The position numbers were made by a program, and so were the translations under genes. DNA of 64,000 bases from Lingula anatina (lineage: Eukaryota > Animalia > Brachiopoda): positions 2,790,001 through 2,854,000 of the forward strand of contig CM120649.1 in the NCBI GenBank assembly GCA_051362555.1. Reading direction: 5' to 3'. Below, one piece after another: positions 13,501 through 25,805 of the stretch (positions within the stretch are counted from its first letter, which is position 1; each line of letters begins with the position of its first letter). The notes under the pieces were generated by a model that was not told the origin of the DNA, made no database searches, and was given only the letters and a program-made list of their open reading frames with translations.

Positions 13501-15650
13501 CAGTTTAATTATTTTATTGTTCGTTAATTAAAGGGCAGGTTAACAAAATAGGTGTTTTCACGCCTCGTTACCGATCTCTTAATCAAACTTTTAAAGAGAA
13601 ATGATTGATAGGTTTTCTGGCGTTAGGATCCTGCGTCTTTGCGGCCGTCTTCATATTAATCAATATTAAAAACGCACTGGTGAGCTTGAGTCGAAGAGGA
13701 AATATAGCGCTCGCGACAACAGCGCGGCTCAGATAGAGAGAGAAGATTCGAGGAGATAGAAGTCGGCGGATATGAATAATCCAGGATTTGAATTACAGTT
13801 GGGCTGTGGATTCGAGCGGGGATCGATGGGTTTTCGTTGCAAACCAGAAAATATTCTGTTTCTTATTTGTTTATTAGTGTTACACATTTTTTTTCTTTTT
13901 CTTCGATGCATCGTACAATGCAAAAGCTGCACTTGCGATGCGTTTCGATAACTGGGAATTTCTCGGAAAATGACTGGTAGCCCATGCGAGTTGCAGTATT
14001 CTATAATCCCGTTAAGTATAAGGTCAACTGGAAATAGTCGGTGATTTATGGGGGGATTTAAAAAAAAAAAATCAAAACCGAGGTGCTCCATGTTACTGGT
14101 TGAGGGGGGAAAGCGGTTTAATTTCAAGCTCAGTAATGAACCTTACGATTTTGAAAACATCTTATATAGACCTAAATTCTAGCTAACCATCTTTTTTATA
14201 TAAATTACCCGTCCGTGTGTACTGGCGTTACATATATATATTTGCTGCCCAATTTGCATTTTGGCATATGGCCTAGCAAATACTGCGCAAATGAGCAAAT
14301 ACTATATTCTACGAATTCGTCACGTTTTGCCAATTAGTTTTATTAAGGTATTTTGACTCACCGTTCTGTTTTAATTTGTCATATAAAAGGCAAAAAGATC
14401 GCTTTAGGAACGTAGAAACAGTTTAATATCTGAAAATCGATCTATTTTCCTATTCAATTGAAGATGGTATGTGAATCGGTAATCTAAGCACCGTCGTTCG
14501 TCCTGAAGTATTACGCATGCAGAAGACAAGATTGACCTGCGCGTCTTTGCACAAATTGATGCTTCTTTGATTGCAGTCTTACGACGTATGCGTAGTCTCG
14601 TGGTAGAGCCAATTAGCTAATTGGTCGATTGTTATGACGAATTAACGCGTCAGGATGCTCATGAAACGCCAACCTTCATTTTAACGCCCTACGAAGGAAA
14701 TCATTGAATAGCGCGTTTGAAATGCCAGCGGATGTTGCTACTTCCAGTCTTTCAATCATTCGCGATATAGTTCATAATACAAGAAATGATAGTTACGTAA
14801 TCTCCTATTCGAATATAGAAGTTGAGCAATTCTCTTAGATGGTATTTATTGCTTGCTATTATCACCGTTAAGGGTAACGCACCGGTGGTTGACACTTGTT
14901 ATAGTGTCTTTGCTGTGTCTTGGCAATAAAGGGAAGATCTGTAAACGGAGGAAGCTTTCTTTCAAGAGCCCATTACCGTGAATGCACAGAAATACGCCAA
15001 TGGGCCATATATAGATCATCAACCCCGAACTTAATCGACAGCGCACTATTCTAATTCATCTTATATTTTCCGACAATAACAGACGATATTCATATTGTGT
15101 GGAATCTGGCATTGCCGTTTACCATTGAGTGCGGAGACAGGCGGAGATCTTATCAAGCGACACCAAGGTTTCATTTCTGCAATGTTTCGGAGGGAGGGAG
15201 TGGAGTGGGTTGATTGGTTGGAGAATCAGACGAGGACTGAATACCACTATCAAAGTATTCAAATTTGGCATTTAGGAAAATGTTGTTAAGATCTTCCTTC
15301 TTCTCCCACTCTTTTACTGATGATAACCAATCCTGCATTTTTTCCAGAAAAGGAAGTAGCGGATTTAATCAACTGAGACCTTCATTATCTATAAGTTAAA
15401 AGAAACCATCCAATGATTTCGCACATAATATCGTTTTTTAGATTATTTATTTATTTATTAAAGTGGCAATTTCATGTATCCGACGCCCCCTACTTTCCCA
15501 AGGTCAGCAACTTTGCAGCTTGGTTGGCATTTTTTTTCAATTTTTAATAGCTCATAATTCAATGAAACGTTTTACTTAAGAACTCTGTGTAAGCACGAAA
15601 TCCTCTGGCGTCATTTAGACAGTATACACTTCCCACACCCACACCCACAC

Positions 15651-15821
15651 CAGGTCCGTAGCCGGGTGGGGGTGGGGGGGGGGGTCGAAAGTAACCCCCT
15701 TTTTGCCAGGAAAAGGTCCCCTCTGGGTGAAATTTTACCTAGGTACAGGAATGGCTCACGGTAAAAGGTCCACTTTTTCATAAAAAGAACCCCCCATTTG
15801 AAATGGCTGGCTACAGGCCTG
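15651..15821. mobile_element. Short MITE with CAGGxCCGTAGCC termini
   Basis: CAGGTCCGTAGCC ... GGCTACAGGCCTG inside a (CACACC)n tract. Related copy near 17593-17768. Confidence 0.65.
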
Positions 15822-18800
15822 CATACCCACACCCAAAGCCCTCTTTCTCTCACACCCACACCCACACCCACACCCCTCTTTCTCTCATTGGCTACCCCAC
15901 ATTATTTTGCCGAACGATTCGGTGACATTTGGTCACCGCTTTTCTCTGCTTCAACCAAAGCTGCCACGCCAGAATAACACCGCAGCTACAAACATGGAGC
16001 GGTCACCGGTAATTTGATGAGAAGATTATATTGAACAACTGCAATGCCTCACATTCTAAAAACCATTTCATATCTCTCCTAGAATACCGCCGTTCCTAAT
16101 CCATTGGATACGGACTTCTTAGCTTAGCTCAGCTTGCGTGAAAGCCGAGGGCAATGAGACTATCGAGGCAAATCGGCGCTGATAAATAAGCAGACAGTGA
16201 AAGCAGCAAATCGATCTGAGCAGAATTAAATTTAAATATTAAATTTCCGACCCGCGGTTCTTCTGCATTTTTCCCTTGAAAAAGACGCGGAAGCCCTAAG
16301 GAGTTTATCAATTCACTTGCGAGCTTTTCTCGTCGATGAGAAAGAGAAGACAATGACGTTAAATCGCCCTTTGAATTTTATGAAAAGGAATATTGTGATA
16401 GGGGATTGCGTACTCTGGGCTTTTTACGGAGAGCAGAGATAGAGAGAGACTGCTGAATGCAATGCGATGGTTGTGACAAGATGGGCACCGCTAACACAAT
16501 GAAGTGCCACCCGCACTGCTAATGCAATATTACTGGCGGTTCCAGAATTTTGCTGAAGGGGTTGGGGTCACAAAGAGATTCTTTTACTAAGTCTATTGTG
16601 TGGATAATTTTAGTAAAAAATAGTAAGCGAGGATAATTGTGCTTTGTGACTCGTCTTAATTGTTTCTATCATAAAAACTTTCGTAGTTTGTTCTGTAGAA
16701 TGAGAAACAATGAGTACTTTGCAGACGACTGCGTGACTTGGGTGAATTCAAATACACACTGTACCTGAATGTATTTTCTTAGATTAATGAGGCAGAGTAC
16801 TCCTTTGTTTTTTTTTTTTTTTTTTTCACCAATTTGTGAATATAATGTCCACGAAGTTGTTGTCTTTATCTTTTGCCGTTACGCGAGGAAATACAACTCT
16901 TTTATAGTCTCTCATATTATTTATTAACTACTTTCTAGTTGGTTCCCGTGCCGCTTTCTTTTCATTTCTATCTTTTACCTTATGCAATCTTCAGCGACCT
17001 TCTCTCGTTTACATTACACGCAGTTGTATCATAAGAGCATGTCAATCTACTCAGTTACTCTACAAAACGCCCCCTCCTTATTCACTGGTGGCTGTCAATT
17101 ACTAACATTAGATGTTTTAAAACCTAAACTGATTTCCAGAAAACATTCAAATTATTGACAGAAATTTAAATATAAAGTTCACATTGATGGAATAAAAGAC
17201 TCCTGGCAGTACTGCCTCTATGTCGGAATTAATTTGTTCTGAGAAAACCCCGATATTCCCTCTGCTGCATAATTAATTGCATACTGGAAGTGAAAATTGA
17301 AAAACAGAGCAAACCCGCTGTTTTTGTCTTGGCTGCCATTATTTCCCCACTTTAGTATGTGGCTAATTGCATGCCATTTATTGCTTTACCATTAGGCTGA
17401 TTCAAACCGTGCATAAAGCTCAAGTTTGTGGTGCCGCGCTACTTCCTGTATGAAGTAAATCGATTTTTCCTTTAAATAATTCATATTTAATTTTGAAAAA
17501 AATTATTAGGTTGTTTGGGTGCCGGGAGCAAATCATCTTAAAATAAATACCATATGAAAAAAATATATTAATGTCATTATTGAGAATAAAAGCAGGCCCG
17601 TAACCAGCATTTTTAAGGAGGAGGTTAATTTTCAGCAAAAAGTGGGCCCTTACCACAAAATCATCTTGCACTTAGCTCAAAATTTTACCCAGATCGGACC
17701 CTTTTTCTGCAAAAGGGAGCTTTGTTCAATCCCCCCCCATCCGCTCTCCCTCTCTGGCTACTGTCCCGAAGAACATCTGATTCCATAATGCATTTTTAAA
17801 CAGAACTTCAACTAGAAACAGTAATGAGATTCATAAGAACAAGATTTATTGCATAATTGGCATACTTTGACTGAAATAATGTGGTATGGACGAAGGCCAA
17901 GGGTATTTTATACAATGTATGTAAAGTCATATGTTTCTACGGAAATTGACGGCCATTTTATACATTTAAAGTTGCCCCTAAATTTCTTCTGGGGCCAAAT
18001 GAGAATCTTAATCATATCAGCAACTTTTCATGAAACACAATATTCAATTTCAGAAAGTTTTTTTCTGAGGTATATTCTTTTTGAAAGAACTTCAGTGAAC
18101 CGGAAACGCGAAACTTTTAGACATGGACCCTAATTTGAATTGGATTACGCTTTAATTAATGTGTTTTCCTTCATAAAAAAGAAGGGAAGACATAAAAAAT
18201 TATAATAAAAACTCAGTATCTATGTATCTTCATGTTAACGCTTCTCAGTTATATTTATCTTGATCTATTATCTCTACAATTGCCTCAATATCCCAGATTT
18301 CATGTTTTTAATAGTGGACCAAAAGAAGTCAACTCTCGAGTAGCTACATGTAGGTGAGAACCAGGACTCCATGCCCTGGTAAACCTGATATTAACACTCA
18401 CGTGGTTTCCCCACAATAAAATCACGGGCCTCATTTGCTACCACCTTTATTGCCATTTTATAGGGAACTCCAATTTGCAGGAACTCCTCACACTTTTGAG
18501 ATGGGCCCTAATTTGAATTAAATTTCGCTTACACTAATGTGTCGTGCTTCGGCAATTTTTTAGGTCATTTTCCACGTTTTATCCTAGACTTCTTGCAGCT
18601 CACATATTTTGAAGTACAGTGTCATATTGACGTATACTTCTACCCGTGCGTGTATGCGATTGACCAGACGGTACCCAGGTATGACAAGTGTCTGTGAATC
18701 ACAGTGAAGAGAAATATTCACAAGACTGCGACATAAACACACTGTTAACATAACACAGTGACTATTTTGAAATTATTTAATCATGGATTTTTCCGCCTTT

Positions 18801-19193
18801 GCGGATTGTTAATGGACGGGGTAATTAAGGATACTTCACTAAGTAAGTCACCTTCTAAATATTAAGTAATTGAATAATGTCTGCACAGCCTGAAGAAGAA
18901 GAAAATGGTTTATATAAGTTTCTCAAAGGTTTTGGATTAAGTATACCTTTGCGATAAAGGGATACTTGCATAAGTTTCTCGGGAAGGTTTTTTACATTTA
19001 TTTTTCATTTATCTATTTTATATTTGCTACATGAATGTGTAACATACATTATAGCCTTTATAAATGGTCTATTTAAGATAAACTCTTTCATGTTTTAGAA
19101 CTGCTTTCTAGGCGATTTGGTATGTAGTAACCGTAGTAAAGATTGCCGTGTACAGACCTACTGAATTTGGAGACATCTATCACCTGTACTGAA

Positions 19194-19308
19194 ATGAGAC
19201 AGTCTCTGACTTGGTTGAAATTTATGCTGGGTCTTACACTTGTGGGACTTTTGTGTTACGTCATTTTGTACTCGCTAATGACGTCACAAACGCACTTCAG
19301 CAATACAG
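19194..19308 (+). CDS. Sulfotransferase exon 1 (cytoplasmic tail and TM anchor)
   Basis: ATG AGA CAG ... ACA G|GTACGG. Confidence 0.8.
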
Positions 19309-21287
19309 GTACGGGTCTAGGTGTGCAATACCACTAATGTACTTTAATGTTCTTTTGAACCTGCACTTCCAGCTATTAAATGTGCATACAAATGAAGTTG
19401 TTGTTACTAATTGATGATAAATCTCTGTCTCTTTCTTTTGTTGTGAATGGTTTATTTTTGTTTTTATTGTATATCAGCGTATTTGGAATACCTGGGATTG
19501 GGCAGGGAGTCGGCATTAAATCCACAGGTGAGTGAGAGAAAAAGGCACTGGCCTTTGGCAAACATTTAGAATTGCATAACTAATGTGAATTAAAGGTTTT
19601 TAACGTTTTATATGCATCAGAAAATAAGGTAATTACTCGATATTTTCAATGGAGAAAAATTTTAATTTTACAGATATTGTATTTCCTAAGAGAAAATTTC
19701 TTCAAATTAGAACAAAAGTAAAAAGCAGGCTACTCTCTAGTTCTATTCTATGCAACAAAAGCACCATGAATGCTATACTGAAATTTAATTATTGTGATTA
19801 TGAAATTATGTATCTGAAAGTTTTGTCATTTTTGCCCATTAAAAAGATCGAGCAATTACCGTAATTAAAGGAGTTCTGTATTTACGGTGGATTGAACTAA
19901 TACAGTATCAGAATCTCATTAAATGATTACAAGTATGTAAACAAGTAGGGCATGTTGAAGTATGGTGATTATCAATGCACAGGCAGATGTCACATCTCAT
20001 AAGCCTTAAAAATATTTATCTATTTATTTATTTATTTATCGATTGTACTTGAGTATACGGGTAGATAACGTTAGCTTATTGTACGCGACAGCTGGTTGTG
20101 ATTCAACATGATCAGCGTTTCATAATATGATTTGGCGAACTTTTGAGTTATGAAAAGTAATTATAGTCTAGTTTAGCAGGATAATAAGCAAGAGGAATTC
20201 CATTCATACTCTAATATACTTGTAATGTGTGTTTGGTATCATTTGTCAAGTACGAGACCTAGGAACACGCGCATGCACGCAAACACAGTCGTACACATTA
20301 ACGAGCGCTCAGTCACAATCGTCCGTTGCTCTTCACGTGAACTATATGATATGATTCGAAAAGCAAGGTGGGTTACTTATTTAGCCAACTTTCATCTCTA
20401 ATCTTCTCTTTTATAAATCTTAACATTTCCAGCACGCAGCCTGGAGTTTAGCCCCTGAGCCTTGGGTCTATGAAATGAAGACCAGGCGACGGCACTTAAA
20501 AGACGCCTGTTCGTCCTTAAAGTCACCAAAAAAGGATGGTGTCCCAGTACGAAACATCACCACCGAGTTCATGTTTGTGGACGAGCGCCACCGCCTCCTG
20601 TACTGCGCCATTCCCAAAGTGGGATGTACCAATTTTATAAGACTAATGTACGGTCTGACTGCCAATGCCGATAGTGATGGCTACCAAGATATCGGAGCCG
20701 GGGAGGTCCACGCTGAATATCGCAAGTACCTGACTCCACTTAATTCCTTCTCGGACTTTGGGATTCAATTTCGCCTCGACCATTACCTGAAGGTGATATT
20801 AGTACGACATCCGTTTGAGAGGTTAGTTTCCGCGTTCAGAAACAAACTTGAGCGACACACTATATTGTCCTTTAATGAAGGAACGATTATTGCCAAATAT
20901 TTCGAACCGCATGCGACAAAGGAAACGATCCGGACGGGGGACGGGGTGACATTTGAAGGTTTTGTCAGATATCTCAATTTCAAAGCAGCTAAAGACCCGG
21001 ATGCACTTGATCAGCATTGGAGACGATTCTTCGAGCTGTGCAACCCGTGTGACGTACATTATGACGTCATAGGGCGTCACGAGACCGTCGAGCGTGACGT
21101 CAATATGGTTCTTAAAGTACTTGGAGTAGCAGACTTGTTTCATTATCCGAGGAAAAATATGCAGCATGTATCGTCGGCTGATCTTTGGAAGATATATTTT
21201 ACGAACGTTTCTAGTTCACAATTAACGAAACTGTGGGCTTTTTATAAACTAGATGGAGATTTGTTTAACTATAACTTAAATCTTTGA
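19194..21287 (+). CDS. Carbohydrate sulfotransferase (Sulfotransfer_2, CHST11/HNK-1ST-like), 339 aa, join(19194..19308,19478..19527,20433..21287)
   Basis: Type II membrane anchor in exon 1 (WLKFMLGLTLVGLLCYVILY), 5'-PSB motif YCAIPKVGCTN, 3'-PB motif VRHPFERLVSAF, plus HW and CNPC..YD.IG motifs. GT-AG introns with consistent phases 1 and 0. Confidence 0.92.
19478..19527 (+). CDS. Sulfotransferase exon 2 (stem)
   Basis: T-rich acceptor ..atatcag|, donor CAG|GTGAGT. The 50 nt bridge phase 1 to phase 0 exactly. Confidence 0.75.
19628..19863. mobile_element. MITE in sulfotransferase intron 2, with a second copy at 32032-32282
   Basis: GGTAATTACTCGAT ... ATCGAGCAATTACC TIRs. Internal sequence is shared with 32032-32282 (aaaagcaggctactct, aaattatgtatctgaaagttt). 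Confidence 0.75.
20433..21287 (+). CDS. Sulfotransferase exon 3 (catalytic domain)
   Basis: Acceptor ..catttccag|CAC, in frame with ORF 20475..21287. Confidence 0.92.
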   Translation, partial: HAAWSLAPEPWVYEMKTRRRHLKDACSSLKSPKKDGVPVRNITTEFMFVDERHRLLYCAIPKVGCTNFIRLMYGLTANADSDGYQDIGAGEVHAEYRKYLTPLNSFSDFGIQFRLDHYLKVILVRHPFERLVSAFRNKLERHTILSFNEGTIIAKYFEPHATKETIRTGDGVTFEGFVRYLNFKAAKDPDALDQHWRRFFELCNPCDVHYDVIGRHETVERDVNMVLKVLGVADLFHYPRKNMQHVSSADLWKIYFTNVSSSQLTKLWAFYKLDGDLFNYNLNL

Positions 21288-21556
21288 ATTTTGTCGTCAA
21301 GAAAAGATTACGTAATGAACATATGGCAGTGCTGACCTGAATCAAATTTCAAAGGTGCGAAAAAAACTACACTTGATTTAAAATTGTTTATTTTAATCAT
21401 CTGCTTATATATCACAAAAATAAACAGAATTGTCATGAAATGTCCGAGTTGTGTGTTGATGTATCACTTTTTGTTGTTACAGTAAAAGCGAACATCTGTG
21501 TTCTAACCAGCTGCCGAATTTGACGTCTGCCTGAGCTTTGGCCACTTATCGACCGT

Positions 21557-21616
21557 TTATCTTCTGAACATGTGACTGATGAGCTTCATGTAGCCAGTCA
21601 GCTGTTGACTTGGGTG
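21557..21616 (-). CDS. EPDR exon 6 (terminal)
   Basis: Long pyrimidine tract ..ttttcaaag|CAC, encoding HPSQQLTGYMKLISHMFRR*. Confidence 0.75.
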   Translation of the reverse strand, partial: HPSQQLTGYMKLISHMFRR

Positions 21617-22795
21617 CTTTGAAAAGAAAAGAAAAAGAACGTCTAAGATAAAAATTGTCCATAATGTGTTAACAATGGTACATAACGCATTTAATAAACT
21701 ATTCCATAAAAATAAATTTTGGATAACTCCGATGTAGCCAATTTGTTCAAAACATTGTATCCAAATGTGTTTTCCTTGGAAATAAAGGATCATACAGGAT
21801 AAAATGCTGAAAATTATATATATATATATATATATTTTTTTTTTTTTTGCCATATTAAAGTCTAATCTGCATTAAATTCCGAAAGTGACATTGCTAAAGT
21901 AAACAGGTATCCCGTGGAAATTTTATATTTTATTTCACTTTATAGGCTATTATATTGTACTTATTTATCCCCTTACCTCGCTTGAGACCTGCTTGCAGAT
22001 AGACGGGACAACGAAGACGCTAGGATCTTTGATGCCGATAGTGACGTTTACCATACCAACAGTGGCCATGACGTCAGCTGAAATAATGACGTAGTTCGTA
22101 AATCTATGATGTCATATATGAAAAAAATTACAGATCATCCTATATTACGCTTGAATAATGTCAGTCCTAGCCGAAATGATATTGTACGTTGGCTTCAACA
22201 AATATATGTACGTGTCTTAGGTTATTTATTTCATCGTGTATTTATTGTTTTATTATTTGGATCCGTTACATGTATAAGGTATCCTATCCGGGGTTTTCGC
22301 GCCAAACAGAATTTTTTCTTGAAAAAAATCTCTCTCACTCACGAATAATTTCTCGACTCGTCCCTGATTTCTGAACAAATAATTTATTTCAACATGTCTG
22401 GAGGGGAATATAGCAATCAAGCACTTGTATTTGAGGGTTTTTGTAGTTTTTAAAGTTGAAATTGGAAAAGCTTTTCAGGATAGGTAGACAATGAAAATAT
22501 GACTTAGGGAAGTTGTCAAACGCGTATTGTATATTGTATATTGTGTCATACAATTTGAATACCTTCGCCCCCACCCCAAGTGATAAAAACGTGAATAGCG
22601 CATTGCATAACTTGCTTTCTGCGCTATTGTCTGATATCGGCAATCTGATTACCTAACGGTGATTATTGGTAATGAAATCATTTGATTGACGAACTTAATT
22701 TTGATAAGTGATAATGGTATCTTATCTCTGAGAGATGAGCAATGATTATGGGAAATTTGTGGATTGCGAAAGAATATTTGTTTGAAATGGACATG

Positions 22796-22826
<31 letters not shown>

Positions 22827-23145
22827 GCCGGTTCTAGCATGAGGCATTTCTCATTTTCTTCGGGTTCTTCCGTTTTCTCTCGTCAATTTTCGCCTTACGG
22901 CTTACCTCCGTTCACAATGCCCGTTGTCACGATGCCAATAGGGATGCAGTCCTTGGTGGTGGTAGTGAGCTCCTCCTCAGCGCCACCTAGCTTCACTTTC
23001 CAGCTGTCCACGGCCAGAGAGTTCCCGACACCGGAACCGAAGTAGAATGCCCCTATCCAGGTTGCGTTGGCTGTATGACATAATTGATGGGTTTATGGAA
23101 GTTTGTAAATGTTTAAATGGTGATATTTTGTTCGATATCTCAAAA

Positions 23146-23192
<47 letters not shown>

Positions 23193-24640
23193 ATAGCAAT
23201 TGTTCATGGATATTGTTTATAAAAGCTATTTACTCCTTTTGTTATGTAGTTTACTGAGTTATGATAAATAAATAATGATAATAAATAATTATTCAAAATA
23301 GGAAAAGGTAACAGAAATTAATGTACACATACCTGGAACGCCGTTCATCATCTCTCCCTCTAACTTGGTCACGGTGCACTTCCCTTTAATTATCACGTAT
23401 TGTTTATGCTGGAATGAATAAAATCGAATACTGTATATTAAATAAAATAAAGAAAGAAAACAATAAGCTGATATATCTATACGTAAATTCAAGTCGCTCA
23501 TAAACGCCACTAAAATTGTGCCATTGGGATGAATTTCGAATTTCAGGTTAAAAACGTGGAAATGGAGTTTCTTGTTAAATCCTTTCATTTGAGTAAGGGT
23601 ATAAACTAAGGATATATATTAAATTACAGTATATTAATAAAGATACGTGCACATAAATACTAATAAAATAATAATAAAACGAATATGAAAGCCCTTCATT
23701 TTTGTTGTACTTATCTGACTTGTGAATTACATTACTCAATTAAAGGTTTCCTGTACGACGTTTTTGCGTCAAATCCAATTTCCCTCGAGAAAAAATAAAA
23801 ATGTTTTTTCCTACTAATGTATCATTGTTGAAACCATCCCCGTACTTGGATCAAGTGTTCGAGTTATATCTAATAAAATGATTAATTAAACGAACCATTA
23901 TTTATTTAGACTGTTTTTGTATCCCTGGCTTATCATAAGGAAATATCGACATCAAGTACGTTATTTCAAGAGTTTACAGTTTTTAAGGTCTGAGTTGGAA
24001 TGTTTAGGCATAAAAATATACCTTTGGGATATTATCTCGCTAAGTTCAGAAAAAAATGACAAAAAATGTAAGAAAGAACACTTACGTTCTTAAAGTCCTG
24101 AAGAACTTTCATGTTGACGGACTGGCCTGTACTGAAGTTAGCCACGCCCATGGAGAAAATTTTCTTGTCGTCAGAGGAGACCGAGAGACGCGCCCCTTCC
24201 TGGAGGAGATACGTCAATCAAAATAGGTGCACTTCCAACTCGGACATCAATATACATAAACAATCATATGATTGTTGAAGGGAATAAAGGGAAAATAAAT
24301 AGACTGATGGATAATTAAATAAATGAGTAAATGAATGAATGAACGAATAAATAATAAAGCACTAGTTTAATAGCATAAAATTAGGTGAAATAATGAAAAA
24401 GAAAGAATAATGAAAGAAAAAACCAAGACAATATGACATGGTAGTTAAGTAACTCTTAGTGTACAATATGGACTAAATGGACACTTAGATATTTCCCACC
24501 TGCATAGTCCATGGTTTCCCGCCCTTTTCGGCTCCGATCATCTCGCCCATTAACCCTTCCCACTTACTGGGGCAGTTACACGGCTTGGGGGCACCAAATG
24601 CCAGTGCCAGCAGGCTAACACACACAGCTGCAAACAGCAT
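21557..24640 (-). CDS. Ependymin-related protein (EPDR), 218 aa, complement join(24500..24640,24086..24199,23333..23408,22906..23070,21977..22077,21557..21616)
   Basis: Signal peptide MLFAAVCVSLLALAFG, then ependymin motifs CNCPSKWEG, LQDF, KCTVTKL, VPANATWIG.FY.G, VDSW, DCIPI and NVTIGIKDPSVFVVPSIC. All introns are GT-AG with matching phases (0,0,1,1,0). Confidence 0.9.
21977..22077 (-). CDS. EPDR exon 5
   Basis: tatttcag|CT ... GAG|gtaagg, encoding NVTIGIKDPSVFVVPSIC. Confidence 0.9.
22906..23070 (-). CDS. EPDR exon 4
   Basis: catacag|CC AAC ... GGA G|gtaagc, encoding ANATWIG...KDCIPIG. Confidence 0.9.
23333..23408 (-). CDS. EPDR exon 3
   Basis: cattccag|CAT ... CCA G|gtatgt, encoding HKQYVIIKGKCTVTKLEGEMMNGVP. 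Confidence 0.88.
24086..24199 (-). CDS. EPDR exon 2
   Basis: ctcctccag|GAA ... AAC|gtaagt, encoding EGARLSVS...VLQDFKN. Confidence 0.88.
24500..24640 (-). CDS. EPDR exon 1
   Basis: ATG, signal peptide, CxxPxxWEG, donor CAG|GTGGGA. Confidence 0.88.
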
Positions 24641-24741
24641 TGTCTTAGGCCTGTAGTACAGTATGAAAGAGCAGAGAGAATGTCAACATGCACCGAGATG
24701 TGAAAACTGGTAGAAATCGGACAAATGTATTTGCCAGTTCG

Positions 24742-24749
24742 TATATATA
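24742..24749 (-). promoter_or_regulatory. Putative TATA box of EPDR
   Basis: TATATATA about 100 bp upstream of the ATG. Confidence 0.45.
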
Positions 24750-25055
24750 CTGCCAATACGGCAATGTTATCAGACCACGTGCGCCAAGCTCTGTTATATG
24801 AATCTTATCGGCTACTGTTGGCAATAGCTATTGGTGGCTGATTGTTTTAAATTTGGAGATTATCATATTGTGATTATGGCTCCAAATGTGACCAATGACC
24901 CACGTGGCATCATTTGTCTGATCTGTGCTGTAGTACCTGTAAATATGAAATCAAATGAGAGCACGTGCACGAGGAAATGACGTGGTACGATACATGGGCC
25001 AGCACTCTTTTAATGTTTACAATACACACCGAGCCTTTACATGATACTACTGGTA

Positions 25056-25805
25056 CTTTACTTCATGCTTTTATTACATCAAAATTAGATTATTGCAACA
25101 GTATTCTTTTTGGGGTGAGTGACAGCAAATTGAAAAAAATCCAATTGATTCAAAATTCAGCGGCCAGATTAGTTAAAAAGATAAGGAACCAGAGCTTGGA
25201 TCATATCACTCCAGTGTTAAAGGAATTGCATTGGCTGCCAATCAAACAAAGAATTTTATTCAAAGTGTTGTGCATAATTTTTAGAGCTTTTAAAGAAAAC
25301 ACACCTGGCTATATTGCACATCTTATTCAGTCATCTGAACCACGCAGGTTAACAAGAAACTCTTTTGAAAACAATTTTATACTCAATCACTGTGAAATAG
25401 ACAGAAAATGCAACAAATTCTATGGAGACCGGGCTTTTACTGTTTATGCTCCAAAATTGTGGAACAAATTGCCTTTTAGTATCAGAGCTGAAAGTGACTA
25501 TAATACTTTTAAAGCCTGTCTTAAAACTCATCTTTTTAAAGAATTTTATGGTTAGTGTTCCTTTAAACCTTTTAGTTGTTTATCATTTATTAAGAGTAAG
25601 CTTGGGTTAATTTTAGTAGTATTTTAAAGTTATATCAATAAATTTTCTCTGCTTTCTTTAATTAATTAATTTTATCAGTAAATGTTCAAGTATTTTAGTA
25701 TTGTTATTTTTAGACTTTTTAATTATTTGTAAAGTGCATTGAAATGTAAAAAATGGAATGCGCTATATAAGAAATAAATATTATTATTATTATTATTACT
25801 TTATT
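25056..25805 (+). mobile_element. 5'-truncated L2/CR1-clade LINE (ORF2 C-terminus and 3' UTR)
   Basis: LHAFITSKLDYCNS..QLIQNSAARLV..HITPVLKELHWLP..GDRAF..APKLWN.LP..FK..LKTHLF is typical of L2 ORF2 ends. AATAAA and a (TAT)n tail follow, and the element is flanked by TACTGGTA on both sides (25048-25055, 25806-25813). Confidence 0.88.
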
